Shown one piece after another: positions 11,155 to 23,415 of a stretch of DNA of 64,000 nucleotides (positions are counted from its first letter, which is position 1; each line of letters opens with the position of its first letter). Origin of the DNA: Azolla caroliniana. Lineage: Eukaryota; Plantae; Polypodiophyta. Both the position numbers and the translations under genes were made by a program. The notes beneath the pieces are model-generated. The model was not told the origin of the DNA. It did no database searches and worked only from the letters and a program-made list of their open reading frames with translations. The DNA lies in contig JBHGNT010000001.1 of NCBI GenBank assembly GCA_043228905.1, positions 3,782,001-3,846,000 on the forward strand, written 5' to 3'.

Positions 11155-13401
11155 CTACATCCCAACTGTTGAATATATATTTTCCATGCAAACGTATGTT
11201 GTAGCACAGTGCACATTTAGTTGTATTGATTGCTCAAATGCCCACCTCCCAAGAGTCACATTCGTCCATTTTCTACAAGCACCCAATATACTTTGGAGTA
11301 GCAGAAGACGATGAAGATGTGGCACCTTGTCCAGCAATGCCTTTGCTTTGTCAAAATCTCCTGCACGGCCAAAAATATCAATCATACATGAGTAGTGTTC
11401 TTCTGTTGGAGTGAGAGAGCAAACTGCACACATTTCATTAAACAGTTTTTCTCCTTCTTCCACCAGACCTGCATGGCTACATGCAGTCAACAAAATGATG
11501 AAGGTAACTAAATTTGGCAGGACACCTTCTATTATCATTTTTCGGTACAGGACAAAAACTTCATTGGCTTGACCCAATTGCCCATATCCAGACACCAGCG
11601 CATTCCAAGATACAACATCCCATGCTGGAAGTTGGTTAAATACTTCGCATGCTTTCTCCATTGCACAGCATTTCGAATACATGCCCACCAATGTATTCCC
11701 AAGCATAAGGTCTTTCTGCAGTAATCCTTGTTTTCTGACCTCTGTGTCTATATCATTACCAATCTGAAGGGATCCAACAATGCCACAAGTTTTCAAAATG
11801 CAGATATAAGTTACTGCATTTGGACATACTCCCATGTCTTGCATATGTCTAAAACATATCAATGCTTCATCATTGTAACCATATTGTGCATATCCTGTTA
11901 TTATGGCATTCCAAGCTCCAACATTTTGTGTTGCAAGCTGCTCAAATACTTCTTTTGCTTTCTCCAATGCACCACACCTGGAATACATTTCCACCAACGC
12001 ATTGCCAAGCATGATATCTTTCAGCAATAACCCTTGCTTCCTAATCTTGCAATCTACATCTTTACCTATTTCCAAAGATCCTGTAATGCCACAAACTTTT
12101 AAAATGCAGATATAAGTTGCCACATCCGGACAGACTCTGTCATCTTGCATCTGTTGAAAGCATTTCAAGGCTTCCCAACCATGTCCATGCTGGGTGTATC
12201 CAGTGATCAAGGCACTCCAAGATACAACATCCCGTGTTGGTAGCTCATCAAATACTTCTCGCGCTTTCTTCAATGCACTACATTTGGAGTACATGTCCAC
12301 CACTGCAGTTCCCAGCATGGTATCTTTCAGCAATAACCCTTGCTTTCTAACCCTTGCAACTATATTCTCCCCGATCTCTATAGACCCCACAATGCCACAT
12401 GCTTTCAAAATGCAGATATAGGTTACCACATCTTCGCAAACTCCCTCGTTTTGCATCTGTGTGAAGCATTTCAATGCTTCATCACTAAGTCCATTTTGGA
12501 CATATCCAGAGATCATGGTATTCCAAGACACAACATCCCGCATTGGAAGCTGTTCAAATACTTTTCGTGCTTTGTCCATTGCAAGGCATTTTGAATACAT
12601 ATCCACAATCGCAGTTCCAAGAAGGAGGTCTTTCTGAAATAATCCTTGCTCCCTGATCTTAGCATCTATTTCTTCTCCAATGTCTAGAGATCCAACAATT
12701 CCACATGCTTTCAAAATGCCAATATAAGTCACTGCATTCGGACAGAATCCGGCATTTTGCATTTGTCTATAGCATTTCAATGCCTCATGACCAAGTCCAT
12801 GTTGGGCATATCCAGAGATAAGTGCATTCCATGATACAACATTCCGGACTGGAAGTTCCTTAAATACTTCTTCTGCTTTTTCCAACATACCACATTTGGA
12901 ATACATGTCCACCAGTGCAGTGCCAATTACAATGTCTTTCTGTAATAACCCTCTCTTTCTAACCTCCGCATGTATATCTTCCCCGATGTTTAGAGATCTG
13001 GCAATCCCACAAGCTTTGAGCACAGATATAAAGGTTACTGTGCTTGGACGAACCCCTGAATCTTGCATCTTCCTGAAGAAATTCAACGCTTCATCACCAC
13101 GCCCATGTTGGGCATACCCTGAGATCAGGGCATTCCAAGTAACAATGTTCTGTACCTCAAGCTGCTCAAAAACTTCTTTTGCTTTGTCCATTGCACCACA
13201 CTTAGCATAAGTTGTAATCAATGCACTGGCAATATAAACATCCTTCGTAATCAAGTATCTTTTGAGAAGATCAGCATGTATCTTTCTCACCTTCAATATG
13301 CTCTTCTCTTTCTGGCATGATTTTAACAGATTCAAAAGTGTAATTTGATCGTGAAATTGCAGTTTCAGCCTTCCATCAATCGGTTTACATGTGGATCCCA
13401 T
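11155..13401 (-). CDS. PLS-class pentatricopeptide repeat protein with C-terminal E domain, no DYW (748 aa, intronless)
   Basis: About 7 PLS triplets with a ~102-aa period (VVSWNALISGY / PNAVTYICILKACG / DIVIGTALVDMYSKCG). Then ACSHAGLVEEG, HYSCMIDIFGRAG and E-like LGACRKWTNVTLGRWAFE...YVCMENIY. Confidence 0.93.
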   Translation of the reverse strand: MGSTCKPIDGRLKLQFHDQITLLNLLKSCQKEKSILKVRKIHADLLKRYLITKDVYIASALITTYAKCGAMDKAKEVFEQLEVQNIVTWNALISGYAQHGRGDEALNFFRKMQDSGVRPSTVTFISVLKACGIARSLNIGEDIHAEVRKRGLLQKDIVIGTALVDMYSKCGMLEKAEEVFKELPVRNVVSWNALISGYAQHGLGHEALKCYRQMQNAGFCPNAVTYIGILKACGIVGSLDIGEEIDAKIREQGLFQKDLLLGTAIVDMYSKCLAMDKARKVFEQLPMRDVVSWNTMISGYVQNGLSDEALKCFTQMQNEGVCEDVVTYICILKACGIVGSIEIGENIVARVRKQGLLLKDTMLGTAVVDMYSKCSALKKAREVFDELPTRDVVSWSALITGYTQHGHGWEALKCFQQMQDDRVCPDVATYICILKVCGITGSLEIGKDVDCKIRKQGLLLKDIMLGNALVEMYSRCGALEKAKEVFEQLATQNVGAWNAIITGYAQYGYNDEALICFRHMQDMGVCPNAVTYICILKTCGIVGSLQIGNDIDTEVRKQGLLQKDLMLGNTLVGMYSKCCAMEKACEVFNQLPAWDVVSWNALVSGYGQLGQANEVFVLYRKMIIEGVLPNLVTFIILLTACSHAGLVEEGEKLFNEMCAVCSLTPTEEHYSCMIDIFGRAGDFDKAKALLDKVPHLHRLLLLQSILGACRKWTNVTLGRWAFEQSIQLNVHCATTYVCMENIYSTVGM

Positions 13402-13680
13402 GTTCTTCTTGTTCTGTCATCACTTTAACAGATCAAGTACACTATTTGGCCACATTTCTACGCTAGCTTGGATCGTCTGGCATGCCCTGTACTTCTCTTT
13501 CTGGCATGGTGTTAAGAATTCAAAAGTATAATTTGATCATGAAACAACAAGTTTTCATGCGGTTCCCTTTTTTTCTATTTATTTCATGACTTTTAACATA
13601 TTTGAAAGTGATTGTATTAGATCAAGCAAAAACAAAAGTTGGCATTACATCAGCAACAGTTTTACCCATGGAAATCCTGC
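13402..13680 (-). repeat. About 3 degenerate ~80-90 bp copies of the first PPR coding segment, upstream of its ATG
   Basis: Minus strand TTTCATGATCAAATTATACTTTTGAATTCTTAACACCATGCCAGAAAGAGAAG (13492-13544) versus coding TTTCACGATCAAATTACACTTTTGAATCTGTTAAAATCATGCCAGAAAGAGAAG (13303-13356). Weaker copies at ~13402-13450 and ~13570-13640. Confidence 0.65.
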
Positions 13681-15592
13681 AAATTGGAGCTTTTTTTAAT
13701 CTTGTAAATCGATGTTAATGCCACCAGGATCCAAGATGGATTCTTCACTCTGTTGTTGTAAACGATACTCCTGAATTCGGGATTTATGACTTTTCTGTGT
13801 TTCGAGCCAAACAAAGATGAAATACGGAGGGTCTGGAAAACGAAGAATTATACACAGAAAACAAAAGGAAACAAGAAGAGAAGAAGAGGGAAGGCAGGTT
13901 TCCTTAGGCTTACCATTGCAATGAGGTCTGACAGCAGAAGTATTGTTGAAGAAACTCAATCCAAGCGGATCGCTGCAGAGAGAGTCTTTGGTGTTGGCTT
14001 GCACTTGAGATGGATTTTTGTTCGAGTGAAGATAATAAGAATTCGTTATGACATGATGATAATAGACTGGTCACTGTAATATACATACTTTAATGTCAAA
14101 TAAACACGTGCACACACATTCTCGAGGACACACTCTTATTACTAATTAGCTCATAAAAACCTTGATTACAAATATGTCCATAAAAAAAATCAACAATTTC
14201 CCTTTCATGGTATCTCGTGTGTGACAAACATAACGCATAAACCGATCTGTTCGAATTTTGGCCCAAATCATAATGCTGAGAGCAGTAACACTCGCCCATT
14301 GCACTTTGTCACTGGTGAATTGAAACATATAAATTTTTTATGAAGTCGGATATTCCAAATCACATGTGTACTAGCCAATGTGTTGTGTCTACTCTACTTC
14401 TTTATATGTCAATCCTTGAATATCTATATTGCATACTAACAAATCCACATAGTTTAGTTACACACGGTAATCCAATAAACTTCGTCGTGGTATGTTCGTT
14501 TAATGAGTCATGGTGGTGCATGTGATGGTGGTGTCCTTCATTACACATGGTCATGCTAAACTAAAAGCATTTGCTATTTATGTTATGTCAAATAACTTTA
14601 ATTTTCGATTGATATATCCAACTTAATCTATTTTTTATGTGATCTCACAATGGCACTTGTAACATATCTACATGTTTTTTTTTTAATGAGAGCACACATT
14701 GTTTTCAAAATATCATAAGCTTTGTTTAGGTTATCGCAAGAATTTCGATAACTTGATATTTTAAAGAAGGCTTTTCAAAGCATTACACTCAAGTGAATCT
14801 CGTATGATAATTATTAACAGGGATTACAAGACTCAAGTGTGGACTTTGCTATTAAAAAGTATAAAGTAGGCTTTGGAAACTATAGAGTAATGCGACAATA
14901 ATAAAAACAACCTTCTTCACGTGATCATAGTATCTCGACCATGCATTATGGAGTGTATTGTGCTACGATATCATAATTGAATCAACCATGGTAGGAGTCG
15001 ATCATTTACTTGTTCATCAATAAACAAATGGAAAATACCAAAATCCCCCCCAAAAAATATAAATATAAAATATCTCTTGTTTGTATTGTATAGCCACTTT
15101 TAGAAAAAAAGACAAGTCCATGAAATTGCTTGATAAAATACACACACAATTATTTTGTTTTGTTTTGTTCTTCGAGCTTCGGGGGCTCATGAGGCATCCA
15201 TATGGCATGAGAGATAGCTTGACTTCATGGCGTTGCATCCTTAGCGGTTATCTCATGTCAGAAGACAAAGAAGCTCCCAAACTCAAATGGTAGAAGCGGT
15301 AGCTAGTGAGAGATTGTGGATTTGCCCCCTAACTAGTTTGGGGAATGTTTGTGGAGGCTCCTATCGAAAATACAACAAAGATGTATCTTCTCAAGGGCCA
15401 ATACCCACGAGAAGATACACGAATGAGGTAATACTTGTTGGACTTGCTCTAGTGTTGTGTGAACACATGTAGCCAGGTGACGAAACATGTTGGGAACAAC
15501 AGTGGTGAGTTTGGGTCCCGGTGGGCTTCCAAGGGAATGCCTCAAGTTAACCCCACCCACATATGGTATTACACGGTATGAGAGTTTGTTTT

Positions 15593-15628
15593 ACACACAC
15601 ACACACACACACACACTCAATGAGCATG

Positions 15629-15659
<31 letters not shown>

Positions 15660-15823
15660 CACACACACATATATTTCATGCACATATATGTGTGTATTAT
15701 GTATATATATATATATATTATAAATTTATAATATATATGTATTGTATAGAGAGAGAGAGTGAGTGAGAGAGACCTTTCTTGAATGGCTAAGGAGACGGAG
15801 GTTCCATAGCCAATCTCACTCAT

Positions 15824-15855
<32 letters not shown>
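15593..15855. repeat. Compound microsatellite (CA)n, (TA)n, (GA)n upstream of the kinase
   Basis: Directly visible. Confidence 0.95.
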
Positions 15856-15858
<3 letters not shown>

Positions 15859-16199
15859 GAGCACCATTATTTTTTTACCTCTTTCGCTTCTGCTCTCCCC
15901 GTATCTCCTGTACCCCCTCAGTTTCCTCCCAGTGATTCTGCAAAACTTGGAGAGTCTTTTGATCTTCTTCTCCTTCCGGTAAGGTCTCAATTCAACAGTC
16001 ATTACTTCTTTTGATGTCGTATAATTTTGCTCCTTTAGCACACGAGCCTGCTCATGTTTGATGGAAAAATGCCCGTGAACTAAAATAGGGACAATGAGGG
16101 AGTTTCTTGTCTGTGTAAAGTATTCCATGGATCCGTGCACAGCTTAATGTTGACGAGTAATGGCTTGACAGGAGGTTCAAAATAAAAGCCTTTTCCGCT

Positions 16200-16661
16200 T
16201 TTGCTTATGGAGACAAATGGGTCACTATTATGGCATTGTAAGAGCTCAAAAAAACTTGAAAAGATTGGAAAAAGTAATGCAAAGCCTAAAACAAAAGCAT
16301 GTAATAGAAACTTGACGAAGCCTATGTTTTTTCTGTCTAGAGAGCCAACTGGATCAGTGTTTTGGCATCATAAGAGCTTAAAAGCACTCAAACAATCTTG
16401 ATATTTGCAATTGGGGCAGGCAAGTCACCGGTATGGCATTGCAGAAGCTTAAAATAACTTGGAAAGAACAAGTACTAGAATTTTGGAAAAAACTGCAAAA
16501 GCATTACGAAGCTTGAAGAAAATCTTGATCTTTGCCTATAGAGACAAATGGAGCAGTGTCATGGCATCATAGAAGCTCAAAAAATCTTAGAAGAGCTTGA
16601 AAAATCTTTAGAAAAAGCTTGAAGAATAAGAACCGGATCATCTCTTAAGTACACAGGCAAG
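16200..16661 (+). repeat. Four degenerate copies of the kinase start-codon region
   Basis: ATGGGTCACTATTATGGCA (16217), CTGGATCAGTGTTTTGGCA (16349), AGTCACCGGTATGGCA (~16423) and ATGGAGCAGTGTCATGGCA (16548), versus the true start ATGGGTCAGTGCTATGGCA (16662). Confidence 0.8.
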
Positions 16662-19164
16662 ATGGGTCAGTGCTATGGCAAAGGTCCATCAAATAAAGAT
16701 TCACATTATAAAAACCATGGTGAAGCTATGGAGAATGCAAACAGAGTCACGAAGCATTCATTTACTGTTTCTCCGTTACCTTCTACAAGCCCTCTCCCTA
16801 CCTTCAACAGTCCATTACCCAGCACAAGTTTTGCTCCTAGCCCAAGTCCTTCTCCTGCTCGATCCACTCCTCGCCGCTTCTTCAAAAGACCCTTTCCTCC
16901 TCCTTCTCCAGCCAAACACATGCAAGCTTCTTTGCTTAAGAGATATGGAGGAAGCAAGGCCAAGGAAAGTTCGATCCCTGAAGGAATTGCTCAGAATATG
17001 CCACTTGAGACTAGTTTTGGATACTCCCGAAACTTCTCGGTCAAGTATGAACTGGGAGAGGAGGTTGGCCGTGGTCATTTTGGGTACACTTGCTCTGCCA
17101 AGGTCAAGAAAGGGGACATGAAAGGCCAGGTTGTGGCAGTAAAAGTCATTGCAAAAGCAAAGGTAGAAGTTCCTATCTTCTTGTTTTGGATTATCGGTGC
17201 TAAATTCCTCTTGTTGAGTCTGAAGAGTATTCGAAAAAACATATTTGGATTTTCATTGCAGATGACAACACCCATCTCTATTGAGGACGTGAAAAGGGAG
17301 GTGAAAATATTGAAAGCATTATCAGGCCACGAGAATTTAGTGGAGTTTTATGATGCATGTGAAGATGACCACAATGTCTACATTGTCATGGAGTATGTGA
17401 TTTATCACTTCATGTTAGGAGGTGTACTAATTTGTGATGTTCAACTGCCTATCCAAATGGAAGAGTTCTACTTCTCTTTAACAAATAAAATAGCCCATTT
17501 AATGTTTAGATGAGCTATCCCTTGATGAACATAGCATAGTATCGATATCCATCAAGTGTTGTGGGCAGCAGGGGTTCCCATCTCTATCTAGCCAGGTTAA
17601 TCAGGTGTCTGCAAGTCATGACCCTTGTAGTGACTAGTTATGTGGCCTGATGTGCTCGAGTCAATGAACCACACATTGTTGAACCAGTTTGTGTTAGCTG
17701 ACATGAAACTGGATTTTTGACTCAGTAAATTGTTGTGAGTACCCATAAGAAATGTAGAAATATAAATGGAGACTGAGCTTTTGTCTTTCATAAATTGGGA
17801 AATGGAAACCCTTAAATTTTTGGCACATTAAAACTTACAGGCATCCCTGCATTTCCACTTCCAATTTTATTTTAATACTTTATATAGTATTGAAAGGTAT
17901 AAATTTTGGCATCACCTTCATTTTCTCATTGATCCAAATAAAACTCTCGAATTTAGCGGCAGGTGACGAAGTATATTGTGATAAAACATAGGAAATGTAT
18001 CCCTTTAACCTTATTATCCACCATATAGTAGCTTGATGGATGCTTTCAATGGGAATATTGACAAGTTGCCATTCATGTTAGTTTCTACTCATCAAAGGAG
18101 AAAACATCATGTAAACTGGCACCGACTCTTTGAAGGATATGCTCATTTCCATTTGGTGCACGTGGAGGAGCCTCTATAGCTAATAAATTTGAATTTTCCT
18201 TCTCTTAAGTTCTGAGTAGTTTGGTGTTGTTGATAATGAGCAAGAGCTGCTGCGCTGGATTCATTTGAATTCTCTCTAGTAGAAGAGAGATCTGTTAATG
18301 GGACATTATGAGGTCAAGGTGTGTAATAAGAAGAAAAAAAATGATTGAGAAAATTATGAAGAAAAAAAGAATTATTATTATTATACTTATTGTCTTGTTT
18401 GATTAACCTTATCAAGCTACCTTATCAAACTAGACTGTTCAACTTACTTATCATGGTGGAGGTTACATACTCAAACAGTGAAACTAATCGTGACATGGTT
18501 ACATTTTTAAACATCAATGATGATGCGGGGCTGCAGTTTTTCATATTAATCATAATTTATGGAAGGGATATTATGATTCCCTTTTCTGAATTCCTGTAAC
18601 ATGCTGATTATGTAGGTTATGTGAGGGAGGCGAACTGTTGGACCGTATTCTATCAAGGTATTCTAGAGGTCTTTTCATATGAACTGTAATCTACGAATCA
18701 TTGTCTAGGTGACATTTGAGTTTGTTACCAGGGGAGGAAGATATTCGGAGGAGGATGCAAAAGTCATTGTTCTACAGATTCTGAGCATAGTATCTTTCTG
18801 CCATTTACAGGGTGTTGCTCATCGAGACCTCAAGCCAGAGGTCGATTATGCTATGCCAATGCTTATTTTGCATATAAAACGAGTTGAATATACTAGTTGC
18901 ACTTTGATTTCTGGAATAATTATGCTGGTTATCTTCTATCACATCTGCCATATAAAAGGCGATGTCATCATATTCAATCTTTGAATTGGGAAAGTAAAAC
19001 TCTAAATCCACTTTTAGAATCAAATCAGTAGTGTACATAATCACAAACTAACAATTTAGAATGCTTTATATATTGAATGGAATATCAGAGCCATTGCTCA
19101 AGAAGTGACCCACAATGTTCAGGTTGCAAATATTAGGTTTATCACTTCACCATCATTTTTACAT

Positions 19165-19216
<52 letters not shown>

Positions 19217-22200
19217 GTGATGCTGTAGAGACAAGCACAGCTTTTTTATACAAATAAAGAGTGAGAGAGTGTGGAAGAGGGAAATTTAGATTTTTCTCTA
19301 GCAGAACTTTCTTTTCAAAACAAAGGATGAGACTGCCCCAATGAAAGCTATAGACTTTGGATTATCTGACTTTGTTAATCCAGGTAACTTGTATGTCTTG
19401 TAACGTAGAATACCAAATTGTTTGATTCTTTCCTTGATGCAAAGATTTTGGAACTGGTTTGTGTAGAGGAAAGACTGACTGATATTGTGGGAAGTGCCTA
19501 CTATGTGGCCCCCGAAGTTCTTCATCGGTCTTATGGCACAGAAGCGGACGTTTGGAGCATTGGTGTGATTACATATATACTTCTATGTGGCAGCCGCCCT
19601 TTTTGGGCTCGAACAGAGTCTGGAATATTTCGAGCTGTCATTCGTACAGATCCGAGTTTCGATGAGATGCCTTGGCCTGATTTATCTCGAGAAGCTAAAG
19701 ATTTTGTTAAATGCCTTCTTAATAAGGACCATCGAAAGAGAATGACTGCTGCTCAAGCATTAAGTAAGCATTCTTGGACTAGTTTGTATTCTTTTTCTTT
19801 TGTGAAAAGATTTTCACGCATCTTGCTCTTCCTTCTGTTTCTGGATGTTGCAGCTCATCCATGGTTAAGAGGAGATCATAAAATTCCTTTGGATATGCTG
19901 ATATATAAATTGATGAAGGCATACCTACGTTCCTCAGCCCTAAAACGTGCTGCACTGAAGGTTTCATCCTACCATATTGTTTTCTATATTTATGTTTAGG
20001 TTTTCCTTATGAGTTATTCAAAGTTTTCATCTCAGATTCTTCTGTTACCTAAGATGGTTTTGTGAACGCCTTTTTTGTTTACTTCATTATGACTAAGTTT
20101 TCCATTTTTATATCATTCCACTTTTCATATCTTCCCTTATTAGTTGATGCAAAACTCGTTGAAATGGATAAGTTTATATAGGAGGTGCCTCATTAGGGTC
20201 TTAGCTTGCAAATTGTTTTTCGTCGTAAATATCAATGCAAAAAGTAAAATGTTGGCAAAGTGAGTGTGTGAGGGTTTGAGCTGTAAGGTTCTGATAGTGG
20301 TTTGGGTAGTTCTGATAGCTCTGGTGTCCATACATTTATAGATAATGCTGCCTCTATCAAATGGCGCAAATAAATAATACTAAATATGGGGCAGTAAAGG
20401 GAAGTTATTCGGTAAAATCTCAAACATAGTCATAGGTTTTATGCTGTTCCCAATCCGAGGACAATTTGTCTGTTCCCTATCCAGACGTATAATGCTTTGT
20501 TCTTATGTGTAGGGCTGTAAATTAAATAAATTTCTACATTCTGTAAATTAAATAATTATAAAAACAACAAAAAAGTGTAGGTTTGAAGTGATTGTTTACT
20601 CATGCAGGCCTTGTCAAGGATACTTACTGAAGACAGTTTAATATACCTGCGGGCACAATACACTTTATTAGAGCCCAACAAGGATGGACGTGTTACTTTG
20701 GAGAATTTTAGAGCTGTATGAATGTATTCACGTTTTGGTTTTATTACATTATTTTATTCATTAGTGCTTGGCATTGAAGACTTGTGTTGTTTGTTGCAGG
20801 CTTTAACAAAATATTCAACTGATGCTATGAAAGAGGCCAAGTTATTCGATCTTTTAAGCTCGGTATGTAGAAGAGTTATGCCTAAAATCTTCAATCTTAC
20901 AGATGCATATCTAAATTCTATGCATAATTTTCTAATTTTGTGTTATGGAGAAGTTCCCACACCATTTGGGGTTTTCGTGCAAGGTAGTTGTGCTCAATAA
21001 TTGAGAGAAACTCTATCAATGGGCCAAAAAATTGATTAAGCAAGACATGGACAGATATATCGACTGCATATTGTGTTGGAAATATATAGCAAGGATAGAT
21101 CTGCACATATATGCACCTCTGGTAATGACATAATAGGAAGTATTTGGATACTATGAAATGCAACTCTAGTGTGTGCTCTCTTGAAATTGGAAAATTTTAT
21201 TATTATTATTGTTTTTTTTCTATGTTCCATCATAGTTTTGTCCAGTTTGGATTATTGTCAATGCAAGAAACATTAACATACTGCTAGAAATTGTAGACCT
21301 GCTGTGCAAGTTGCAAAAGTAACTCTCCTCTGAAAATATGTATTGATATGGGTATAGATAGAGATATTGTCTTCGAACGATCGTTACAAGTTACTCTTCC
21401 TAACTGTGGATGGGGGTTTTAGAATGGTAGAACAACCTTACAAACAAGTGTTACAAAGTACTCTCCCCGTCCATGCGCTTGATTACTTCGTCATGGGTTT
21501 AGCTCATTTGGTCAGGTCATCTGGCTGAGACCGGAACATGTTACCATCAACCCCTGCATTCCAGTGGCATCTAGTATAGTAGTGAATAATGTAGTGAGAT
21601 TTGAACCAAGGTGCATTGTTTACTAGAAACTTAGCTTACCACTAAGGTACATCTCTACTACACAAAAAACGGAGGGAGAGTTCCATTTTTTATTCTTATA
21701 TCTGAAAAATATACTTGGATTATTTATTGGACTCTAGATGGATGCCCTAGCCTTCAAAAAGCTGGACTTTCAAGAGTTCTGTGCAGCTGCAATCAGTGTT
21801 CACCAGATGGAAGCTCTTGAACATTGGGAGCAGTATGCAAGAACTGCGTATGAGTACTTCGAAAGAGATGGAAATCGAGTAATTGATGTGGGGGAACTGG
21901 CTCGTGTAAGCTATCTTTGTGTAATTGCTTCTTTATGCATTTCTAAAGTATGTGCAATAGTGTTTTTATTTCGTGGGATGAAATGCAATATGTTGCAGAC
22001 TTGATAGTAAGATCTGGTTCCACTAAGATTGAATTGCATTGTTGAAAAGAAATCGCTGCATATTTTTATTTTCCAAGAATATACTACATTAGTATTAAGA
22101 AATGCCCTAAGGCTGTACATGAAATATGTACATCTAGGTAATTACCCCCATGATAAGCTCTAACTATCGGCTTAAATAAATACTTCAATGTAGAGTAAAA

Positions 22201-23415
22201 CCACTCTACCTTGTAAAAAATATTCCTTTGTTCCATACGTATTACCTTTCATGTTATCCAAATAACAGTTGAGATTATGCACAATCTTTGTCCAAATCCC
22301 AATAATTATCTTAGCAGGTCTTTCTGTCTCATTTTGGAATACATTCAAACATTTGGCTTTTCAAATATACCAAATAGTGATACTAACCAATTGCCATATT
22401 TCAAGTTTACCAGTCTATATTTGTGATTCAGCGGTATAAATGTTTTTTGCATCAGTCAATGTCTCACAAAAAGAGTATCTGCAACATCCTCTTGTTCATA
22501 TAACATTGGTTGACCTGTTACCGCCGCCGATAATACAGCTCCCCCATGTATACAGTGCCCGAGGATATACTAGTATTAATAGTGTTATAATTTTTTTCTA
22601 TATTGCCATCGCAAAATCACTACTCCACAAACAATGCTTAGCAGTCTCCACTAGATTCGTACAAAAAGGACACATGCTGTCTGCATTCACCCCTTTTCTC
22701 CACCCATTAACTGGTATAGCTCTGTGAATCATTTTCCCTCTCATTTTTATTCCCCAAAACCATTTCCAAAAATTCCTGAGTTGTGGAGAAAGTTCATTCT
22801 GTCTCCAGAAAACATTTGCGGCCGGTTCCTTGCATGATCTAGCACATAATAGTTTCCTACTAATCTTCACAGAATACTGAAAAAAAAGCACCTGGTTTAT
22901 CTGATCTTGAAATGACAGTTTTCAATAAAGTTCTCTAGGATCCCAAGTTAACCTAGATATTGAGCTCCTTTCCAGTCTATACAAATTAGATTAGAAGACG
23001 AATAATCTGTTACATTTATTAAAACATGAAAAGGTGTTAGGCACTTGTCTTGTAGAAAGGATGTGGCTCTACCTAAGGTGAAGAATTAGAAGTAAAAAAC
23101 CACCACTTTGAAGGTGTTTTTTATCTAAAATCTCATGAAAAATTTGCACATTTTTGAAAATGTAAAATATAACAGTGGGAATTGGTCAAAATATTAGAAG
23201 CTGCAAAGTACGTTAAATGCAAGTGAATATCATTAAATGCTAAATTGATTCCTTTGTGTTGTTAATTGTATCAGGAGGTAGGCTTATCAGTTACTGTACC
23301 TGCTCATGTTGTTTTTCATGATTGGGTCCGACGAATGGATGGCAAGCTTAGTTTCACTGGGTTTATAAAGCTTTTGCATGGGGTGACCCCAAGAATGAAT
23401 ACTCCTCGGCACTAA
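16662..23415 (+). CDS. CRK: CDPK-related protein kinase (CRK family), 11 coding exons
   Basis: Exons 16662-17162, 17262-17392, 18616-18657, 18732-18840, 19305-19383, 19467-19763, 19854-19960, 20608-20715, 20800-20862, 21738-21905, 23275-23415. Motifs: MGQCYGK acylation motif, [37 protein letters not shown], degenerate EF-hands, and C-terminal [22 protein letters not shown]. Confidence 0.95.
17600..17790 (-). mobile_element. Ty1/copia protease-region relic in kinase intron 2
   Basis: [15 protein letters not shown] resembles the copia WxxDSGASxHMT motif. Confidence 0.5.
19169..19213. repeat. (GA)n microsatellite in kinase intron 4
   Basis: Directly visible. Confidence 0.95.
22230..22970 (-). 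mobile_element. LINE ORF2 C-terminal (zf-RVT) relic in kinase intron 10
   Basis: [13 protein letters not shown]...FWKWFWG...[16 protein letters not shown] parallels FFQYSVKLGRNLL...FWKWLWS...CGMHCGESTESILHLFW of the large LINE. Confidence 0.8.

Noticed and set aside
13696-14004. 102-aa minus-strand ORF as the PPR transit-peptide exon
   Set aside because: Splicing through the candidate intron gives a stop within about 9 codons. No in-frame link to 13401 was found.
15487-15823. ORFs with HTHT/YIYI repeats
   Set aside because: Translations of microsatellites.
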